NCBI GenBank assembly: GCA_013115125.1
Contig: JABANN010000087.1
Span: forward strand, 1 to 64,000
Origin: Perkinsus olseni
Taxonomy: Eukaryota
Length of the DNA: 64,000 bases
Direction of reading: 5' to 3'
Shown: positions 25,700 to 38,436 of the stretch, piece after piece
Position numbering within the stretch: the stretch's first letter is position 1
Layout of the letters: each line of letters opens with the position of its first letter
Notes under the pieces: generated by a model
Database searches by the model: none
Told to the model about the DNA's origin: nothing
Seen by the model: only the letters and a program-made list of their open reading frames with translations
Made by a program: the position numbers and the translations under genes

Positions 25700-28600
25700 C
25701 CCAAGGAAGCTTGAGTGTATTATGAGCTCGGACAGCATAACAGCCATTACCGTATTCAGTATTAGAAGTGATCCAACGGTCGAGGTATCTAAAACGGAGA
25801 TCTCACTCGGGAAACTCTCACTCAAACGGGAAATCTAGTTTTAGTGACAACACACGAAAGCGAGGAAGTGTGAGAGCCAAGGGAACTGACCCAGGTATGG
25901 TCTCCATTTGATCCTTCCAACGATGCTCTGTAGTACGCTGATACGAGTTGGATCGGCGAAAGTGACGGGCCAGTTGTGTGGTAGCCTGAGTGACTTGTAG
26001 TGCGAACTAGCGACGACAGAATCCACGGACCCTCGGCGTCTTCCTCCTCCCACGGCGTGCGTCCTCACTAACATGTAATGATCTATCTTCCATCCGCTCG
26101 CCACGGCGCACTCTGCGACCCTCGGCTACTGATCCAACGAGAGTCGATTGGTGCTGATGCGGCCGCAAGGAGGCCAATACCTGAACAGAGTGCTCTTCAC
26201 AGCGGGATGCCTGAGCAGTCCATACTGATCAATACACCACTAAGTTCTTTTCATGTCGGCAACTTTCGGCAGATCAATGCGGAAGCTCCTAGTAGATCTT
26301 CACTATACGTATTCAGTCATACAACGGGGAGTGGATTCCGGGGTGCACAAGGGTCGGAAATCGTGGTTGTAAGATGCATAATGAAACTGTGCGTGTCACG
26401 ATGATACCATCATTACGGTATCACGATGAGTACGCTGGCATCAGCTGCTGGGGCAGCGCTGCTAGAGAAAAACTGGCAGCACGCCAAAAAACTACACGTC
26501 CATAGCTCGAAAATGTGACGGTCGTACATCCTTTCCGAAGCACGGCTCCGTCAGACCTGGAGTATGGTCAGATTCTCGTTCGAACCTGAGACCACTGATG
26601 CAACCTCAACGACAGCCCACGAAGTCCTATCTATCGATCCTCATACTCGAAGACGAGCAGCGTGCGAGAGAGACGCTAAGTTCTGGCAGAGGCACCAGGG
26701 CCGCAGCAACTGACCTGAGAGCCTCCACAGGGTTAAATCGTCTTCTGCCTCCGCGCCCTCCCAGAACGCCTCCGACGAGCTGAGGGCAACTCCGGTAATG
26801 CATGTGGGAGCAATAAGGCTCGATATTTGGATTGGACGTTTGGTATCTGTGACTTGGCGAGTGAGCTATGTTGCGATAGTAGCGTAACCCACCCTCTCTC
26901 ACAACCGACTGCCCTGTATACAGCAGTTGTTGCCGGGATACTGTAGCAGTTCATTGGAGTTTGACAAAGCTGACATAATCGATCCCGCAAAAACATTAGC
27001 GCAGTGTATCGGAGGATGCGTGCTAAGCAGAGTAAGGCTTACTCTGCTCAGTAATGGATGGGCTTACTCAGTAAGCCCATCCCTCATCAACGTGCATCAT
27101 AAATTATAGTTGCCCCGTAATATTAGCGGGCAAACTGATATAGGGCCGGAAAGTCGTCCATCTCATACCTTCTCGATGAAACTGGAGAGGCGATTCGCAA
27201 CGGCGTTAGGAAAACTCAGTTCCAAGAACTATACAAGTGAAATGATGAGCTACTGGACTAGACCGACCAACTCTCCGAGTCTATCCCATACATAGCCTTA
27301 ATGACGGAGTGCTTCCGGCTACACCAGTCAAAACTAGCCACCGAAAGATCGAGATCGCGTCGAGGCGGTCTCAAACTCACCTGCCGTCTGAGACGGCCCG
27401 TCTCCCGCCAGAGATTGCTCAGCACGTTCGGACTGACCGAGTCACGCGCGCTCAGGTTCAGCAAGGCCAAGATAACCGCAAAATTAATAACGCCAGCATA
27501 TCGGGAGGGTATCAAGAAAAAGGTGGTCCGCATATGGATGCTTTAGTTATAGTGAATTCAACGTATACATCATCTCCTCAAGAGAAGAAGTCGTCAACAC
27601 TCGGAGGAGGAGGGGCCTGTAGAAACTCATGTCCGAAACTCTCTAACCGAACCAGATCTCTTTTGCCATAGTCAGACTCACATTATCTTCCTGACCTCCA
27701 TCGGCAGCAGCGTTATCCATCGGGTTGAGCCGCCAGCCATACAGCGCCGGAAGGACCTGTGATGCCGTGTGCCGAAATCGGGCGATAACTGGAAGTCATA
27801 CAGATTCGATAAGCACTTGCATAGCCTTCAACTCTCCCGGAGTAGCGTCCAGCTCGATTGTCTGGGCGGCTTTCTGAGAGGATTCAACGAGTCATTAGGC
27901 GCTTCACAGAGTCGTGACTGATGTGCAGTCAAAAGCGAAGGTGCCGAGAAGGTTATACAGTGAGCTATGCAAAAGTTTCGATATTCAAAAACTCTTGAAA
28001 ACTAGAGAAAACTTGATAAGGGATGCGGCAGTCGTAGTTGCCAAGCGTTGCCGGCGACCTCACCGAGCTTTTCGCCCCACTGGTGAAAGAAGGATAACCA
28101 TCAGGAGGGGGACTTCGGTCGGAAAATAGAGTAAGAATACCAAACTACCTACGATTACCTCTGGAGCCATGCGGTCTACAAGAGCAGTGGCGGTTAATGC
28201 GAGTGTACCATGAGCGTTAAGAATTTGAATCAAGCGACCGCGATACTTGCTGGGCGGTGATATGTCTAAATTCTCCCGAAAAGAAGGATCCGACAAACCA
28301 AAAAGAGCCCTACAGAAATCACAACACCCGAGTAGAAATTCGGCGTAAGACGGAGCATCGGGCTGATCCGGTAGGACGATGAGGGACCTCTAACGCCACG
28401 GCGGTGTCGCCCACCCATTCCCATTTACTACCGTAGCTGCAATGCGAACCGCCTGCCTCTCATCTGCCTCTCCTTCAGAAGGTTTGGTGACCGGTGAGAA
28501 CGTTAGAGATTGAGCGCCTCCTTTGGAGAACGCGCTAGGCTCTACAAGGTCGGAGGTGGCTTCAAGCGAGCTGCAAAGATACCCTTACTTATAGTACCGC

Positions 28601-28806
28601 CAGCCGACGGTGAGAGCGTGAGAATCTCGGCGGCTTTGGCAGCGTTGAGAGTGATGGCGAGCATCGACTGCTTGTCGTAGGCTGGCATAACAAGCTTGAA
28701 TATAGACTTTCTTCCTGGGGCTTACTTTTGCCACTTTGCCCCTCGGCGGACTTGTTCATAAAGAGCCAGGAAAGCTTACCCTCAGTCTTAACTTTAAGTT
28801 CGCCAT
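25700..28806 (-). CDS. Hypothetical multi-exon protein (3' end uncertain)
   Basis: ATG at 28806 (MANLKLRLR, then a GTAAG donor). Further helical exons e.g. KYRGRLIQILNAHGTLALTATALVDRMAPE and ELDATPGELKAMQVLIE. Confidence 0.4.
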
Positions 28807-29420
28807 TTATTTTCTGTATTACGGCCTGAAGTTAGCGAATACATGCAGTACTTACAGCCCCATCACTCTATAACAGGGACTAGTAAACCGTGGAATTTTA
28901 AGAATTGATATGACACAATCTGTTTTAGCACTCTCATCCCAGCTTGCCTAATTTATCAAACGACATATTATTCGCTCCATTGGTGACATTGTGGTGCACT
29001 AGTCCGGAGCGCAAGGACCACTCTTGCACGATTATGGTTGACAAAGACAGAAGTGGTAAGAAGTCTCCAATTCGCCGTTTTGCCGACTTACTGGGGTTGG
29101 TTTGATCATGACCATAGCTTTGTCAGTGAATATGGAGAAGGGCGCAGGCTGGACAACACCGTACGCGGATATCTCACTCAAATGCTGGAGGCAGCCGCGC
29201 AACATGTTTACAACGTCCTGGATTCAATAAGACGACGGAATTTTACTGGGCGAGCGAGAGACGGAAGTGACATACGGGGCGCGCGAGAAATGAATTGCTC
29301 ATTTTGGGAAATGAGTTGCTCATTTCCACGATGACAAAAGCGGGGCCAGTGAAAGATTCCGGATTGAGGCGTTGGTGACGGGCCGCTGTTAGTGATTGCA
29401 CCAAATGCCTTCTGCCTTGA

Positions 29421-32400
29421 ATGGCGATGAGCCAACCGCGAGGAAAGTCTTGGGTAGGCAGCAGCGGACTCACCGTCTGTCATGCCTTCAGGACTTACTT
29501 ATCAGATAGTCATAATTCTGTGGTAATCGACATAGTGAATGAAGCGGATGAGCAGAAAGAGTCGGGAAAACCTGGAGTTGTTCGGCACAGCGCAGAAGTC
29601 TTGAGTGTGCAATTTCGCTTCTCAGGCTGCCATCAAGCCTGTATTTAAGAGAAGGCATCGGCCGGCTTCGAGTTAGCCAGCTCATCGCAGTGTGCTATCA
29701 CTCTTCGCCCTTCAGGGATGTCTCGCTCAGAGTCTCGTTTATGGTGGCAAAATCACATGAGCGAGAATTCTTACGTGGGTGAGTGAACCTCTGCCAACTC
29801 GGGAGCGCTCGGCGTCCGTTGTACGCCATTTCCAGACCTACTTAATAAAACCCCAGACCAATTTAATAAAGCCCAGACCAATTCAGTTGAACCCCAAAGC
29901 AATCTAATTTCATGAAAGACTCATTTAGTAGAGCTCAACTAAGTCACCTACAAGTACGGATAACTGACAATCGTCAGCCTACATGAAATAAGCCCTCGAT
30001 ATCGATCGATATCGAATTAAATTGCTTTGGAGTTTTACTAATTTGCTCTGGGGTTTTACTAAGTAGGTCTGGAAGTAGTGTAGTCGGCAGTATCGAATCG
30101 AGTCGCATGGATGATCAGGACTCGTGCTGCTTGGAAGCGTCGGTGTCGCCTGCCTCGTCACCTTAGCGATATACGTCCTTGATCGCTCTGTCAAGTGAGC
30201 GGTTCATCAGGCCGTCTCAGCGGATCTCTCTTCGGTTTTGCAGCTATGGAGGATGCCTTATGGGTATCAATCACTGCCCACTGGACAGCCCTGCCCTGGA
30301 TGACCCGAGTCCGTGGATCTCCTCCGCAATCTTGTTGGCTGCTGCTATCGCCACGGGCGCATTTCTAGGAGTAAGAACAAGGATTAAACTCGAATTGTAT
30401 CTTTGCGCATCTTTAGTTTGCACCGGCTAAAATTCGAGACGCAGTCCAAGGGGGCGGTCTCATAAACACTCGTGTGTCTATCACCAACGGTCATGCGATA
30501 CCAGCTAGCGTCATCCCTCTGAGAATAGTCCTCGCGACCGTCGTAGTTGCTGGAGGTGAGTTGGATTGCTCTGGACGAATCGCTGTGGATGAATCCTTCC
30601 GCATGGAGCGGCGCAGTATCACTCGGCTCATCGAGGCGCATTTCCTCGAGCGGTTTTCCCGCTTGCTTTTGGCAGGCTTCCCCATGGGTTTGGAGGGTCC
30701 GGCTATTCACATCGCCGCGGCCACGGCATCCGCTGCGTTGGTCACTTGGTAGGACCTAGGTGCCCGTTGAGAACCGCTTAGGCCCCTGAAACGGGGCCAT
30801 AATCATCATATTCGGAGCTTGAGGCATAGGACCTAGCACCCTGATATGCTTGGGCTCTCGTACCTGCAACAAAGGAGCGAATATTTAACTTTTTCGACAA
30901 CCTGATGCCAGTCTGTCTGGATGAGACATGCGCCATTCCATACACCGCGAGTGTTGACCTCCCTCCAGCCCGTTCTTGAAGAAGGAGATTGCGCGCAACA
31001 GAGACCTCCAATCGGCGGTACAAGTCATAGCCGCTGCCACGGGTGTTGCGGCAGCATTCGATACTCCGATCGCGGGTGGGATATCCTCGTCTGCCTCACT
31101 CACCCGAGTAGAACCCTTTTAGGTGTAACCTTCGCGTTGGAAGAGCTTCTAGAGCTCACCAGTAGGAGAGTCATGACTCAGATATGTCTGGCTAGTGTTG
31201 TCAGTAACCCATCACTATCGTGGTTGTCGTCCTACTCCTCGTGTGGCAGCTGTTTTGGTGTTGCACCTTAGGTACGCTGTTAGCGCGCATGTTACTGCAC
31301 CGATTCGAGCCTTTCCGAATCGATCATATTCTTAACCTTGACATTCATGGCCAGAGAGAAGAAGTCTATTTCGTCATCTACGCCGCCATCGTCGGACTTT
31401 TCACTTTTCTTGGAGGATTGCTCTTTACCTTTGCAACCTTACGGATGTGAGCCGAGGATTGTCGGGCTGATGATCGTTTTTACGAGTCCCCATCTTTCGT
31501 CGAGTGCACATGAGAGTGTACCTCTCCCGCTTTGATGTGCAGGAACAAGGTCTTTTTCGAGTTGGACAAGCGCCTGCGAGTTCTTCTCGGCTTGAGACCA
31601 CGGAAAAACACGGAGGCCGTTTCGTGGGCGACTATGGATTTCGGCGATGATTCAGTGAGTGGCTGATGCATTTCTTTGATACTCTGCTTGGGCCCTCAGC
31701 TCGGTGATGATCACTCTCCGTACCTGCTTATTGTACCTTATGCTCTTTTCGGTGTCGTCGGAGCGCTACTATCCTGCGTAAGATCCCTGTTTTTGACAAA
31801 AACAGTCGCGTAGTAGTTGACGTATACCGTCACGGACTACCACATGGAGGTCTACGGTCTTGGCACGCATGGTCTGGAGGAGCAACTCAAGGACCCGATA
31901 GACTCTCACGGACTTGGCGAACCAGTGAGTCCTATCAACCAGTGGAATTTTGGGGGTGTTTCGCTCCGCTCAGATAATGATGTTTGTGTATCGTATATTG
32001 ATGGCGAGCATGGCCACATCTGTGGGCGTACCAGCTGGTCTGCTCACACCCGCTTTGGTGACGGGCGGCTACCTAGGCTCGGCGGTTGGTTCGGTAGCGA
32101 CTTCTATCGCCGAAGCCACTAACATGTACAGTCCTGCCACAATTACCCCCACCTCTGCCGCTTGGTCAGGTCGCCCTCATTCGCTCAATACCTCCATCAA
32201 ACAGGAGTCCTCTTTGGCATGACCGGGATGTTCTCCGCCTGGTTTCGCACCCCCATCACGGCCGTTGTGATCGCCTATGAGCTTACTGGTGTCTACTCGC
32301 TCGTCCTCCCGATCATGTTGTGCAACTACCTTTCGAGCGCTTTGACGGGGCTAGTCTATAGAATGGACGTCACTGAGCACATGATGGAAAGAGCCGGTGT

Positions 32401-32985
32401 TCGTGCTGAGGGGGCCCACTTCGAGCTCACCGACGTGAGGCACCTGTTCAAGTCACGCTTGGAGGCAATTGAGTACGACTATCATGCTGAACACCCGAGC
32501 TTGCGCATGACTGACCATGATGGGAGTAGACGGTTGGACGGGTCGTCGAGGATGCTCGATTGGACCTCAAGAGGGCCGAGTCTGTCTCGTACCATGATGA
32601 AGATAATCACGCCCAATATTGATGTAAAGTGGATGCGGTTGTGGGTATGCGTGCTGGGTCAGTGTCGCAGCGAAGAATTTTAACCTCTCGCGCGCCCCCA
32701 CAATTTGGCGCATCTGAAACGCTTCTCCTGCCGCCCGGATTGCACGAAGGTTACCGCCTCCTGCCTCAGATCACCGGGCATAGCGGAGGGGCCTCGCCCG
32801 CAATATCTCCGCAACGCGGCCACGAGGAACATGTGAGCCTCGCGGGTTTATTGTCTCGCGCAGTGATCGTTTATCAGGCTTCTCGTATCAGCGGCAGAAG
32901 TGTCCGGTGGGTGGGCTTGGCGGCAGCGGGTGAGCTGACGATATCTCTCCGGTGCTCAGCTTATTCGCTGTTCAGGTGGAACTGA
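29421..32985 (+). CDS. CLC-family anion transporter/channel, divergent, no CBS domains seen (3' end approximate)
   Basis: Spliced motifs QGGGLIN (GSGIP position), GFPMGLEGPAIH, GVAAAFDTPIAGVTFALEE, GVPAGLLTPAL and FRTPITAVVIAYELTG..LVLPIM. Confidence 0.9.
29830..30074. mobile_element. Non-autonomous TIR element (MITE/foldback-like) in a CLC intron
   Basis: Left end TTCCAGACCTACTTAATAAAACCCCAGACCAATTTAATAAA...CCAAAGCAATCTAATT matches the reverse complement of the right end, TTCCAGACCTACTTAGTAAAACCCCAGAGCAAATTAGTAAAACTCCAAAGCAATTTAATT. Internal ~20-bp subrepeats. Confidence 0.8.
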
Positions 32986-33328
32986 AGATGCACTGGATAA
33001 CGATCAGTAGCATCCTTGAACCCTGCATCTCCGACCTGCTTCCTCCCCAGGTGCTCGGCCCGTCCCAGTTGCACGGGCGTGGAGAACCACATGCTCACTT
33101 CTACTGTGATATTAAGAGACTCTGAGCGAGACGAGTAGGTCAGCTTCGCGTGGATAATTTTTCGAGCTGTTCATCTTCTTATGTAGATCCACGGGCGATT
33201 GATGATTACGATGCATGCAACTGAAGTATCCCAATCAGAAGTGTCTCTACTGCAGTCAGGCTTGTCTGTTGGGAAATGGGTGTACATACCATACCTTTTC
33301 GCTAGCTAAGTTCTCTGTTCTTCTCAAC

Positions 33329-35747
33329 ATGGCTTCCGCCGCGACAAACAAGGACCACTACAAGGCTCGTATAGAGAAGAACTTGGATAACACCCTTGCT
33401 GAGTGCTTTATCCCCGAGCTTGGTATGCCGAAGAAGGGGAAGGTTCGCGAGATCTATTTTACTGATGCCAATGTTGTTATGGTTACTAACGATAGGTGAC
33501 GTCTGAGATCCCGCTCCGTTGTCTCATTCTCTCTCGATCTCAGAGTCTCCGCATTCGACTATGTCTTGCCTAACATGATACCCTTTAAGGGTCAAGTTTT
33601 GAATACGATCTCGCAGTGGGCTATGAACTCAACCAAAGACATTGTATGCGAGATGGTCGCTCCTGGCGGATGAAGCCCACTTTCCACAGGTGCCTAACGC
33701 TATGGTCGGCGATCACTTGGTAGATCCCGCTGTTGTGGTGCAGAGGAAGATGAAGAATGTTGGAGTTGAATGCATTGTTAGGGGATATCTTTGGGGTGAG
33801 TTCCGCAGACTTGACGATTGTTCTTACTGTTTTTTCTTATTTCTCATATCAGGAAGCATGGCCGCTGCTTATGAGAAAGGTGATCGTACTTTCTGTGGTT
33901 TGAAGCTAGAGGAGGGCTTACTAAGGTCAGTCGAAGGTCAAGATTTGGTACTGTGGAAGCGCGTGGCAGGTATCAGAAGTTCCCTACTCCAATTTTTACT
34001 CCCACTACTAAGGCCGATGTTGGCCACGACGAGAATATGACAATGGACGAAGTGAGTTAAGCATGCCTGAGTAGGTTGTGAGGAGTGTTCAGGTGATCCG
34101 TTTCTGTGGCGCGGACGTTGCCCAGAAAATCAAGGAACTGTCACTGAAGTGAGTCGCTATCTGCTCCTGTGGTGAATCTTGAGTACCTCAGCTTGTTATC
34201 TTCAGATTATACGAAAGAGGGGCTGAGCTTATGCGTCAGAGAGGCCTGATTCTTCTCGACACCAAGTATGAGTTCGGGATCGATGAGAGCGGAATGTTGC
34301 ACGTGATTGACGAGGTAAGAACAGCCCTGTCCTGTTCCCACAAGGTTGATCCGGGCCATGTGATATTTGTTGCTATCGTAGGTCAACACGCCCGACTCGT
34401 CTCGCATGTGTGATGTGAAGGAGTGGGAGGAGAAATTCCCGCAAATTCAGAAGATCATGCATGATGGAAAGTGAGTGTTTGGGGCGGCGAGAGGGACACT
34501 ATTGATTCCATCGGGTAGGCTTGACTCTGCTAGAAGTGGTCAGAGCGATGCTTCCTGGGCTAAATGGTACGTGTTTTCGACGAGTGCTTCGCCTCCGCTT
34601 TATAATATCTGGAGAGGGATATCTTATTACTCCCCGCGACCGGACAGTAACCAGGGCTGCTGTTCGTCAGTTACCGCAACGTCTCCGAGCTGCTGAAGGA
34701 TCACCCACATCTGAAACCTGCTGAGTTCTCGAAGCAGTATGTTCGGGACGCACTCCTCGATATGGGTTTTAAGCCCGACCAAGACAAGTCCGTGCCAAAG
34801 CTTTCCAAAGAGCACGTCGTCGAGTGTGCTTATCGGTGAGATCAGGGGCGCTGAGCAGCTCTTTCTATACGGTGATCGCGCATCTCCTCTTACTAGGTAC
34901 ATTGCTGTCTGTGAGCGAGTAACTGGCCAATCGTTTGAATGGCCTTCGGAGACTGTCAAGCTGACACCTGAAGAGCGAGTCTGCAGCAACTTGAAACACC
35001 ATGGATTTGTGCGTATTGCAATCTTCGTGAGCCTCCTATCCTCTTCCTCTGTCCCAGATTAAAGGTTGCTGTGCTGCTGTTTTCGCTGGAAGTGATTCGG
35101 ACATGCCCCACATCGAGAAATGTCAGAAAGAGCTAGCCAAGTGAGATATTTCACTACCACTATCCGAGGTGTTAAGTCCATTATAGGTACGGCATACCTT
35201 CGCATTATAGAATCTGCTCCGCACATAAGCAGCCAACCAGACTGGAGGCCGCTCTGCAGATGTAGCAGATGCTACTGAATGAAGTTTGCTGGTATCTCGT
35301 CAGCTCAGGTATAACAAGTCGATCGAACCAATGGCTATAATTGCCTCTGCTGGTGGTACAGACGCATTGAGTGGGACGGCTTCTTTCCTATCGGTCTGGC
35401 CTGTGGTGTCGTGTCCCCCTGACCCCCACAACCCGTCTTGCATTGGTAACCCTCCACTTTCCAGCAATGTGTAAGTGCTCACTCAGTGGGTACCGTTTCG
35501 AACTGGAAACTCAATGTGACGATCATATATCCATCATCCTCTCCAGCGAATTAGGCGGTGTTATTGAGCGCTCATGATACACTTCTCCTTTTTATTTAGT
35601 TACGTTCAACGTCCTGGCAACGCTGCACGATTCATTGCGCAGATGTTCGGGTCATGCTGCAATGTGAAGTCCGTTCGGAAGGCTTTAGTAGATGAAGCCG
35701 AGGGAAAAGTTAAGAAGCTTGTCGCCGCCGATAAGTGGAGTTCATGA
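33329..35747 (+). CDS. PAICS: Bifunctional SAICAR synthetase (PurC) - AIR carboxylase (PurE) fusion
   Basis: PurC motifs [72 protein letters not shown]. These continue by splicing into PurE motifs [38 protein letters not shown]. Confidence 0.92.
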
Positions 35748-35917
35748 GACCTTTTCGGTGAAACCCAGACTTTTTAATCCTGTTTAAACTCTCCCATGAG
35801 GAAATATGAAGAACAGAATTTCCCGGCTTGAAATGAGAGCGTGGGTTATTAATTGATAAGGGCATATAGCGAAACATGGTGATCGCTTTCTGGGCCTCAT
35901 AGTTTGTTACTTCCATC

Positions 35918-36307
35918 ATGCTCAAGCTTTGTCTTCTCTGTGTGTTTGTCCTTGGTCAGATGGAAGTGGTCGAAGGACGCATCAGGCACCCCAAGGGAGT
36001 GTTCAACGTCACGAAGGCTTCCGTCACCGTTTCTGGATACCTTACCTTTAGAGAAAATGAATTGTTATTCGATATGGACCTTCAGGTCATTATATGCTAT
36101 CTCAAAGTTGATAATATTGCTTATGACATGTATGGCGATAATCTAGTCGTGATCATGGAGAACAAGGCACTTGAAGCCGCGGTTGCGAGATGCCCCATCT
36201 TTGACAGGGAAAGAGACTTCATGGCTTTAGATTTCGTGCGAGAACCAAGTGGGAATAAGCTCATTCACTGGGGTTCGCTGAGGACCACTTTCTGGCAAAG
36301 GACTTAG
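35918..36307 (+). CDS. Small intronless secreted protein (129 aa), lineage-specific family, copy 1
   Basis: Signal-peptide-like MLKLCLLCVFVLGQMEVVEG followed by RIRHPKGVF. Clear paralog of 38023-38436. Confidence 0.8.
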   Translation: MLKLCLLCVFVLGQMEVVEGRIRHPKGVFNVTKASVTVSGYLTFRENELLFDMDLQVIICYLKVDNIAYDMYGDNLVVIMENKALEAAVARCPIFDRERDFMALDFVREPSGNKLIHWGSLRTTFWQRT

Positions 36308-38022
36308 TGCCACGTTGAGTCAGCTTACGAGGGGCAAATGCAGACTAAATTCAGTAATCAAGATCTTTCAACTCCTAGTGGGGATCTGGGTCTCTGTTAT
36401 TACGTGTGGCGCTGCGATTCGTGTCCATTCCATGTTCGTATGCGTCCATTTTTGTCATGATACAACCTGCTAGTATCATTTGGTCAGGTTTGTTGCTATT
36501 ATTCGCATAGACTCGTCATAGATGTGCTGTGAGAGTACATAGGTTCGCGTTAAAGTTGCACAACCTGCATTGAGCTCACATTCACTAAAGTATCTGCCAA
36601 TCGGCGGAGCTTCTTGCTGCGGAGGGTCATATCCTGACCACCACACTGCGATTCAATTCGAAAGGTATTCATGAGTGTGATCGATCCCTCGTATTTTTCA
36701 TCGGTTGCTGTCGGCTACCGAGGACTTCATTACGACACCGGTGAGACCGCGGGGCAGGCGAGGGAACTGGGCATCACTGGTAAGTGAGTCCCACCAGAAT
36801 GCTCTTCGGCAGGATGACGGTATTACATTCTTCGAAGTCGCCCATGGGGTTATCGAGAGAATGGTTCCGCATTTTATCATCTAGCTAAAGCGAGTACTTT
36901 CTTGGCGTATTCGCGCCCTCGGCCGCTTCCGGCCAGGCGATAGACTAACGGCTGGTGGGCAGTTCGCTGTTTATAAGGTCGGGATACTTAGCGCAGGAGA
37001 CCAGCCCTCATGGTGGTTTGGAGCCGCCTGGCCGTATGGCGGCCGCGAGCGAGAGAGATGCCTCATTGTCTCAGACGCTGAGAGAATGAGAGGTCATTTA
37101 CGCTATACACATACGACTAGGCATAACTCATGCCTTAAAAGCTTATGCCGCGTAAGCCTTCTCACCAATTTGGACGGTGGCATGATGCTCAATCACATCA
37201 TGCGGGCCTGCCTGACGCCGCCCAGCATCGTTCAGATTGAGCCTATCATGCTGTAGCGGTTGAGGTTAGAGATGGATTAACGATGGTCAGCACACCCTCG
37301 CCGACTGTGTTACCGTGACACTGACGTCTTAGCTGTCCCTGTCGTGTCTACTTTTCAGCGTGACGTAGTTGTCTTTGCTGTCCCCTGTTGTCCCCTTCGT
37401 GTCTCCTTCACAGCCTTCTCCGGTATTAGGATCTCCTCCGATAGTTCTTCGTCTTTTCTTTCTCCCGTTTGTCCGTTGACTGGCTGACGCTATGAGCGCG
37501 CGCTAAGAACGCGTGCGCAAGGCCTTTTTGCCCGCGATCCCGGCGGGAACTTCCCGCTCATAGGGATCAGCTGCGTTTCGAAGAGTCGTCTTCCGAAGTA
37601 TGGTCATAGTAAATTTATTTCTTGAAGGTCTTTGAAGCTCTGTGAATTGTAGAAGTGGTTTTTCTGTGAGACCTCAAATGGCATCCTCGAGTCGTGCTCA
37701 CGGGACGGAGTCACCCAATGAACCCACAGTAGCAACCTGCTCAATACATCGTCGCTCTTCAGTTCAAACACTCTCACAGGTATGCCTTCTCTTAGAATAT
37801 TGTTGCAACTCGTAACTAACGAAGTTGCTCTCTTGTTGAAGACTATTATATGATTTCTTTTTTGGCGTACTGATAGTCTGCTGAAGTTGATTGGTGGCGT
37901 TTTTGAGACTTCGCGTACTCGAGGATTGTGTATGCCCATGACGGAACCGATTTGACGTCGAAAACTCCAGTTTGTAAGCATTTCGAGCATCGAGCAGTCA
38001 TCCTCAGTTCGTTTCGTTTATC

Positions 38023-38436
38023 ATGCCGAGCTTTCTAACCATCCTTTCAGCCGCTGTCGTCCTGATAGGCGTTGCCGACGGACGTATTAGGCATCCTAAA
38101 GGGCTCTTCATACCCGACCCAAGGCAGCCGGCCCCGTACATGGATGGATCTTTCCGCTTTGAAGACGATGAGCTCCGATTCGACATTCACGTCGTCATCT
38201 ATGAGTGTCACATCGATGTTGATGGCGTTGGATATGATATGCTGGGTTCTGATGCTGTTATCATCAAGATATCGCAGCCTCTCGCTGACGCTATTGCCGC
38301 TTGCCCTCAACTTGAACGAGACGACTTTCATGAACTTGAGTTCAAACCATCCAGCGATCCGGGCCAGGATAAGATCATTTACAGTTATAGGGGCTTTTGG
38401 GCGGCCCCATTCGTCCAGAGTGCTTGTTTAGTGTAG
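38023..38436 (+). CDS. Small intronless secreted protein (137 aa), lineage-specific family, copy 2
   Basis: Signal-peptide-like MPSFLTILSAAVVLIGVADG followed by RIRHPKGLF. Shares EL.FD..V.I, YDM.G, A.CP and two aligned Cys with copy 1. Confidence 0.8.
   Translation: MPSFLTILSAAVVLIGVADGRIRHPKGLFIPDPRQPAPYMDGSFRFEDDELRFDIHVVIYECHIDVDGVGYDMLGSDAVIIKISQPLADAIAACPQLERDDFHELEFKPSSDPGQDKIIYSYRGFWAAPFVQSACLV

Noticed and set aside
37604..37990. 128-aa minus-strand ORF as a gene
   Set aside because: It has no recognisable motif or paralog and is most simply the antisense of the upstream region of the secreted gene at 38023.
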